From Candidatus Methylomirabilota bacterium (GTDB lineage: Bacteria > Methylomirabilota > Methylomirabilia > Rokubacteriales > CSP1-6): a stretch of DNA of 64,000 nt. This document shows, piece after piece, positions 59,352 to 64,000 of the stretch. The stretch covers positions 1,075-65,074 of the forward strand of contig DASTCJ010000012.1 of the NCBI GenBank assembly GCA_035605575.1, written 5' to 3'. The first letter of the stretch is position 1. Every line of letters begins with the position of its first letter. The notes beneath the pieces are model-generated. The model saw only the letters and a program-made list of their open reading frames with translations, was not told the DNA's origin and made no database searches. The position numbers and the translations under genes were made by a program.

Positions 59352-60647
59352 GTGGCTGGCACGATCACTGCTAAGAAAGTGATGATCAAGCGTCGCTTTG
59401 CCCTCGCCGGCGTCGTCGTCGCCGCGGTGGTGGCCCTCGCGCTCGCCGCCGCGTCCTGCGATCGTTTGCCTCCCGCAGAGACGCTCCCCAGCGTGGCGGC
59501 CGGCGATCCCGCCTTCGCGGCGACGATGGAGGCGCACACCAACAGCCCGGTCGTCGGCGGCAATCGCATCGACGTCTTGCTCAACGGCGACCAGATCTTT
59601 CCCGCCAAGCTGGCCGTCATCCGCTCGGCGCAGACGTCCATCACGTACGCGGAGTACTTCTACGCCGACGGCGGGCCGGCGCGCGACATCGCCGAGGCGC
59701 TGGCCGAGCGGTGTCGCGCGGGTGTGGCCGCACATATCCTGCTCGACGGCTTCGGCACGCTGTCCATGCCGCGTGAGTACGTGAAGCTGCTGGAGACGGC
59801 CGGCTGCCACGTCGCGACGTTCCGGCCGCTCGGCCGCTGGGTCACCGTCGGTCGCCACAACAAGCGCAACCACCGCCGCGTCCTCGTCGCCGACGGCCGC
59901 GTGGCGGTCACGGGGGGCTCCGGCGTCAGCGAGAAGTGGACGGGCGACGGGCGGATCGAGGGCCACTGGCGCGACACCGATGTGCGGATCGAAGGCCCGG
60001 CCGTGCGGAACATTCAGAGCGCGTTCTTCGAGAACTGGCGCGAGGCGACCGGCGAGCTGCTGGGCGGCGAGCGCTATCTGTCGAACGGGCGTGCGAGCGG
60101 CGAGGCGCGCGTGCAGGTCATCAAGTCGTCGCCGGCGGGAGGCTACGACATGTACACGATGTACCTGCTCGCCATTGGCGGCGCCCGCCGCAGCGTCTAT
60201 CTGACGAACCCGTACTTCCTGCCGGACGATCGAATGGAGGAGGCGCTGCTCGCGGCCGCCGCGCGCGGCGTCCGCGTGGTCGCTCTAACGCCCGGCAAGA
60301 TCGATCACAACGTGGTCCGCGCGGCGAGTCGGCACGGCTTCGGGCGCCTGCTGCTCGGCGGCATCGAGATCTACGAGTACCAGGCGGCGCTGCTCCACGC
60401 CAAGACGATGATCGTGGACGGCGTGTGGGCGACCGTCGGCTCCACGAACTTCGACAATCGCTCGTTTGCCCTGAACGACGAGCTCAACGTGGTGCTCTAC
60501 GACCGCGCCGCGGTGGCCCGTCTCGTCTCGGCCTTCCAGTCGGATGTCGCCAGCGCACGGCGCGTGACCTACGACGCCTGGCAGCACCGCGGACTCAAGA
60601 CCAAGCTCCTGGAGCGCCTGGTCCTGCCGATCCAGTCGCAGCTCTGA
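59352..60647 (+). CDS. cls: cardiolipin synthase / phospholipase D family protein
   Basis: two HKD motifs (HNKRNHRRVLVADG and LHAKTMIVDG...GSTNFD); N-terminal TM segment; the start is probably the Met at 59382. Confidence 0.85.
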   Translation: MAGTITAKKVMIKRRFALAGVVVAAVVALALAAASCDRLPPAETLPSVAAGDPAFAATMEAHTNSPVVGGNRIDVLLNGDQIFPAKLAVIRSAQTSITYAEYFYADGGPARDIAEALAERCRAGVAAHILLDGFGTLSMPREYVKLLETAGCHVATFRPLGRWVTVGRHNKRNHRRVLVADGRVAVTGGSGVSEKWTGDGRIEGHWRDTDVRIEGPAVRNIQSAFFENWREATGELLGGERYLSNGRASGEARVQVIKSSPAGGYDMYTMYLLAIGGARRSVYLTNPYFLPDDRMEEALLAAAARGVRVVALTPGKIDHNVVRAASRHGFGRLLLGGIEIYEYQAALLHAKTMIVDGVWATVGSTNFDNRSFALNDELNVVLYDRAAVARLVSAFQSDVASARRVTYDAWQHRGLKTKLLERLVLPIQSQL

Positions 60648-60653
60648 GGCGGC

Positions 60654-61073
60654 TCAGCGGGGCTTGCGCGGGGTCCGTAGCAGCGCGGCCAGGCCGACGA
60701 CGAGATCGTCGGTGGTCACCGGCTTCACGAAATATCCGTCGAAGCCCGCGGCCCGCGCTGCCTCACACGGATACTCGAGGCCCCAGCGTGTGAGGGCGAT
60801 CACCGCCGTGAGGCGCTGGGCCTCGCGGTCGTAGCCGCGGATCCAGCGGACGAGGTCGGCGCCCGTCCCGTCGGGCAGCGCCATCTCGGTGACGACGGCA
60901 TCCGGCCGCAGCTGGGCGATGGCGCCGCGAGCCTCGGCGGTGTAGCTGACCTCGAGGACACTGGCGCCGGCGAGGTCGAGCATCGATGCCGCCACGCCAC
61001 GGTCGACGACGAAATCGTCCACGATCAGGATGCTGGCTCCGCGGAGGTCGGGCAGCGCGTACGCCCCGTGCAT
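60654..61073 (-). CDS. single-domain receiver protein with Glu at the phospho-acceptor position
   Basis: ILIVDD acidic pair, conserved T (ALTRWG) and K (YFVKP), but VVTEMALPDG where canonical receivers have ..D..MP.mdG. Confidence 0.7.
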   Translation of the reverse strand: MHGAYALPDLRGASILIVDDFVVDRGVAASMLDLAGASVLEVSYTAEARGAIAQLRPDAVVTEMALPDGTGADLVRWIRGYDREAQRLTAVIALTRWGLEYPCEAARAAGFDGYFVKPVTTDDLVVGLAALLRTPRKPR

Positions 61074-61207
61074 GCCTCACCGGACTGCAGTCGCAATGCC
61101 GTCGGGAATCGTCGTGCGCGGCGTACAAACGATAAATGCAGGCGCGCCGGGCGCGTGTGGAACGGCGATGCGCCCGCGTGCGAGCCGCGTCGTGGTAGCA
61201 TCCCGGC

Positions 61208-61969
61208 ATGGCTACCACGAGCAAGGTCGCGATCGTGACCGGAGCGGGCAGTGGCGTGGGCAAGAGCGTCGCGCTGGCGTTGCTGCGCGAGAACTATGCC
61301 GTCGTTCTCGCAGGACGGCGCAAGGAAGCGCTCGAGGCGACGGCGACCGAGGGCACGGAGGCCGGCTCGCGGCTGGCGATGGTGGTGCCGACCGACGTCG
61401 GCGATCCGGAGTCGGTGAAGGCGCTGTTCGCGAAGACGAAGGCGACCTACGGCCGTCTCGACCTGCTGTTCAACAATGCGGGCACCGGCGCACCCGCCAT
61501 TCCGCTCGAGGATCTCACTTACGAGCAGTGGAAGACGGTCGTCGACGCGAATCTGAACGGCACCTTCCTGTGCACGCAGGAAGCGATCAAGATCATGAAG
61601 AACCAGCAGCCGCGCGGTGGCCGCATCATCAACAACGGATCGATCTCGGCGCATGCGCCGCGGCCGAACTCCGCGCCCTACACCGCGACCAAGCACGCCA
61701 TCACAGGGCTGACGAAGTCGACGGCGCTCGATGGCCGCAAATACGACATCGCGTGCGGCCAGATCGACATCGGCAATGCCGCCACGCCGATGACCGAGCG
61801 CATGAAGAAGGGCGTGCCGCAGCCGAACGGCTCCATCGAAGTGGAGCCGACCATGAACGTCGACAACGTCGCGAAGGCGGTCCTCTATATGGCCAGCCTA
61901 CCGCCCGAGGCCAACGTGCTCTTCCTGACCGTCATGGCCACAAAGATGCCCTTCGTCGGCCGCGGCTAG
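61208..61969 (+). CDS. SDR-family oxidoreductase
   Basis: TGAGSGVG Rossmann motif, NNAG, and the catalytic Y..K region ([11 protein letters not shown]). Confidence 0.9.
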   Translation: MATTSKVAIVTGAGSGVGKSVALALLRENYAVVLAGRRKEALEATATEGTEAGSRLAMVVPTDVGDPESVKALFAKTKATYGRLDLLFNNAGTGAPAIPLEDLTYEQWKTVVDANLNGTFLCTQEAIKIMKNQQPRGGRIINNGSISAHAPRPNSAPYTATKHAITGLTKSTALDGRKYDIACGQIDIGNAATPMTERMKKGVPQPNGSIEVEPTMNVDNVAKAVLYMASLPPEANVLFLTVMATKMPFVGRG

Positions 61970-61976
61970 CCAGATA

Positions 61977-62885
61977 CTAGAGGAGCGCCACGGCTCCGCC
62001 GGGGCGCTCCGAACGTGTGGGGGGTATGGGGGCCATTTCGGGGCCCCCAGCCTGAAAGGTATCGCAGCGCCGAGGGTCGCCGGTGTCGAGACCGCGCTTG
62101 AACCATCGTGTGCGCTGCTCCGAGGTGCCGTGGGTGAACGACTCCGGCGCCGCGCGACCCTGCGTCTGACGCTGCAGCCGATCGTCGCCGATGGCCGCCG
62201 CGGCGCGCAATCCCTCCTCCACGTCTCCTTCCTCGAGCAGGTGCCGACTCGCGTTCGCATGATGACCCCACACGCCGGCGAAGCAGTCGGCCTGGAGCTC
62301 GACCCGCACCGACAGCGCGTTGGCGTCGCTGCGCCCGAGCGACCGGCGCGCCCCCGCCACCCGATCGGTGACGCCGAGCAGCTGCTGCACGTGATGACCG
62401 ACCTCGTGCGCGATGACGTAGGCCTGGGCGAAATCGCCCGGCGCCCGGAAGCGCTCGCTCAGCGCGCGGAAGAAGTCGAGGTCGAGGTACACCTTGCGAT
62501 CGGGCGGGCAGTAGAACGGACCGACGGCGGCGCCGGCCATGCCGCACGCCGACTGCACGGCGCCGTCGAAGAGCACGAGCTTCGGCGCTCGGTACTCGCG
62601 ATTCATCTGCCGAAAGATCTCCGTCCAGGTGTCCTCCGTGTCCGCGAGCACGACCGACACGAAGTCCTTCTGCGTGTCGGTCGACGCCGACGGCGCCGGC
62701 GCCGGCGTCACCGATCCGGATGGCGGTGGCGCGTCGGTATTGAGGATCGTGCCGGGGTCGAAGCCGAAGAACAACGCGAGCAGCAGCAGCACCACCGTTC
62801 CGATGCCGCCGCCTGCCACGAGCGGCACACCCATGCCACGACGGTCTTCGACGTTGTCGCTGCGGCGGCCTCCGGCCCATCGCAT
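61977..62885 (-). CDS. ypfJ: YpfJ-family putative zinc metallopeptidase
   Basis: N-terminal TM helix, HEVGHH zinc-binding motif and CDTF near the C-terminus; the last ~23 codons run into the GC palindromic repeat. Confidence 0.8.
   Translation of the reverse strand: MRWAGGRRSDNVEDRRGMGVPLVAGGGIGTVVLLLLALFFGFDPGTILNTDAPPPSGSVTPAPAPSASTDTQKDFVSVVLADTEDTWTEIFRQMNREYRAPKLVLFDGAVQSACGMAGAAVGPFYCPPDRKVYLDLDFFRALSERFRAPGDFAQAYVIAHEVGHHVQQLLGVTDRVAGARRSLGRSDANALSVRVELQADCFAGVWGHHANASRHLLEEGDVEEGLRAAAAIGDDRLQRQTQGRAAPESFTHGTSEQRTRWFKRGLDTGDPRRCDTFQAGGPEMAPIPPTRSERPGGAVALL
62017..62048. repeat. second copy of the GC-rich palindromic element (GTGGGGGGTATGGGGGCCATTTCGGGGCCCCC)
   Basis: 28/32 identity with 16361-16393; preceded by a separate 8-bp-stem hairpin (GGAGCGCC...GGCGCTCC) at 61982-62010. 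Confidence 0.6.
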
Positions 62886-62932
62886 CGCAGTCCCTCCTGA
62901 CGGCGCTGGATGCGAGGGCCGCGCCCGTAGCT

Positions 62933-64000
62933 TCAGCCGAGCACACCCGAATGGACGGCACGGATTTCGACCTCCACATCGCGTCCGGCAACGCTCAGCA
63001 TGCGGAGCGCCATCGGTGACACGGCAGCCGCCGCGTCACCGCCGACGTCCACTACCCACGCGCGCAGCGGCGCGCCACGTGGATTCACGATCTCGACGAT
63101 GCCACCGGCGGTGACGCCGAGCCTCGTCGCCGTCTCGGCATCGAGACGGATCGCGCGGCCGGCGCCTCGCTCGAGACGCTCGGCGGCCGTGAGCGGGACA
63201 CGAACCCGCCGTGCGCGCGCTGCGTCCCGCGCCCGGCGCGTGGCCCCGGTGTCGACGCCGTCCTGCGCGATCACCACGCCGTAGTCGCTCGCCGCGCCGG
63301 CAATGCTGACGTAGCCCTCCGCCACGTCGGCCACCACGCGCTCCACCTCGCGCGTGAGCGGATCGCCAAAGCCGCCGCCGCCCGACGTTTCGATCACGAC
63401 GACGTCGCCGACCTCGAGGGGGAAGCTGCCCACCTTCCCGGGTAGCGGCGAGGGTTCCAGCGTCACGCCGCCGCGGCGCACGCGAAAGCGATTCGCCGCG
63501 CCGGCACCGCCACCACAGACGCCGAAGGGGGGCAGCACCGCCTTCTCGGCGAGCACGGAGAGCCGCGCGCCTTCCGAGAGGATCCGGACCTCGCGCGCGA
63601 GCCCGAGTCCCCCGCGTCGTCGCCCCGGGCCGCCGGAGTCCTCCCGCAGGGCCAGCCGCTCGATGCGCACCGGGTACAGCTGCTCCACCGCTTCGATCGG
63701 CTGCACGGTCGTCATGTCGCTCTCGGTCCACGTACGCACGGCGTTGCTGCCGTCGTCGGCGTCGAAGCCACCCGTGCCGCCCGCCGGGTACTCGTAGAAG
63801 ATGAACGTCTCGCCCGTGCGCGGATGCGGACCGCCGACGTAGCAGTGGTTGCCGCCGCCCTTCAGGTCTCCCGCCACCCTGCCGTCGAGCGCCTGCGCGA
63901 GCGCGCCCATCACGGCCGACTCCACGCAGTACTTCACCTCGACCATGCCGCCACACGGCGCGGGCGCCTCGGCATTGACGATAGTGCCGCGTGGCGTGAT
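62933..64000 (-). CDS. hydantoinase B/oxoprolinase family protein, C-terminal part (gene continues beyond the window end)
   Basis: 356 codons up to the window edge with no start inside the window; HyuB-like motifs (GGGGFGDPL); the ORF track shows 337 aa from an internal Met. Confidence 0.75.
   Translation of the reverse strand: MTPRGTIVNAEAPAPCGGMVEVKYCVESAVMGALAQALDGRVAGDLKGGGNHCYVGGPHPRTGETFIFYEYPAGGTGGFDADDGSNAVRTWTESDMTTVQPIEAVEQLYPVRIERLALREDSGGPGRRRGGLGLAREVRILSEGARLSVLAEKAVLPPFGVCGGGAGAANRFRVRRGGVTLEPSPLPGKVGSFPLEVGDVVVIETSGGGGFGDPLTREVERVVADVAEGYVSIAGAASDYGVVIAQDGVDTGATRRARDAARARRVRVPLTAAERLERGAGRAIRLDAETATRLGVTAGGIVEIVNPRGAPLRAWVVDVGGDAAAAVSPMALRMLSVAGRDVEVEIRAVHSGVLG

Noticed and set aside
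63036-63956. 306-aa ORF (minus strand) overlapping the hyuB fragment in another frame
   Set aside because: It is Arg/Gly-rich with no domains. The overlapping frame carries clear hydantoinase B/oxoprolinase motifs.

Overview
This 64 kb window is a high-GC (~68-70%) bacterial chromosomal segment that is densely coding and dominated by housekeeping genes. I found no rRNA, tRNA, CRISPR array or transposase.

Recognisable gene blocks, in order:
- pyrG-kdsA-kdsD-lptC-lptA-lptB-rpoN-rapZ, the conserved KDO/Lpt/sigma-54 cluster, here without kdsC, hpf or ptsN.
- A GH57 glycoside hydrolase translationally coupled to an archaeal-type PGI/PMI, followed by metK and ahcY.
- A very large UPF0182 membrane protein.
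- A single 789-aa ORF that fuses LptF and LptG.
- valS-birA-coaX, then a guaB-like gene and guaA.
- dnaE, which is interrupted by a 149-aa mini-intein, followed by accA.
- A SorC/CggR-like regulator transcribed divergently from an archaeal-type bifunctional FBP aldolase/phosphatase.
- A tightly coupled operon: miaB, a DUF151 nuclease, a GT4 glycosyltransferase, two small ORFs (one with a carrier-protein-like Ser motif), a PaaK-like adenylate-forming ligase, and a stand-alone PaaA-like di-iron oxygenase. This is my best candidate for an uncharacterised biosynthetic module.
- A Zn-ribbon protein, bactofilin and TPR protein operon, preceded by tandem 14-bp repeats.
- A Family-1 encapsulin nanocompartment (an EncFtn cargo gene with a C-terminal targeting peptide, plus the shell gene) next to a Rieske protein.
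- treZ and a glycogen debranching enzyme, a bacterial topoisomerase IB, tag, chrA, fumC, an RNase H with a hybrid-binding domain, OsmC, MaoC, cardiolipin synthase, three orphan receiver proteins (one with Glu in place of the phospho-Asp), an SDR, a YpfJ peptidase and a partial hyuB gene.

A ~32-bp GC-rich palindromic element recurs at two convergent gene junctions. Many long antisense ORFs in the six-frame track are high-GC artefacts.
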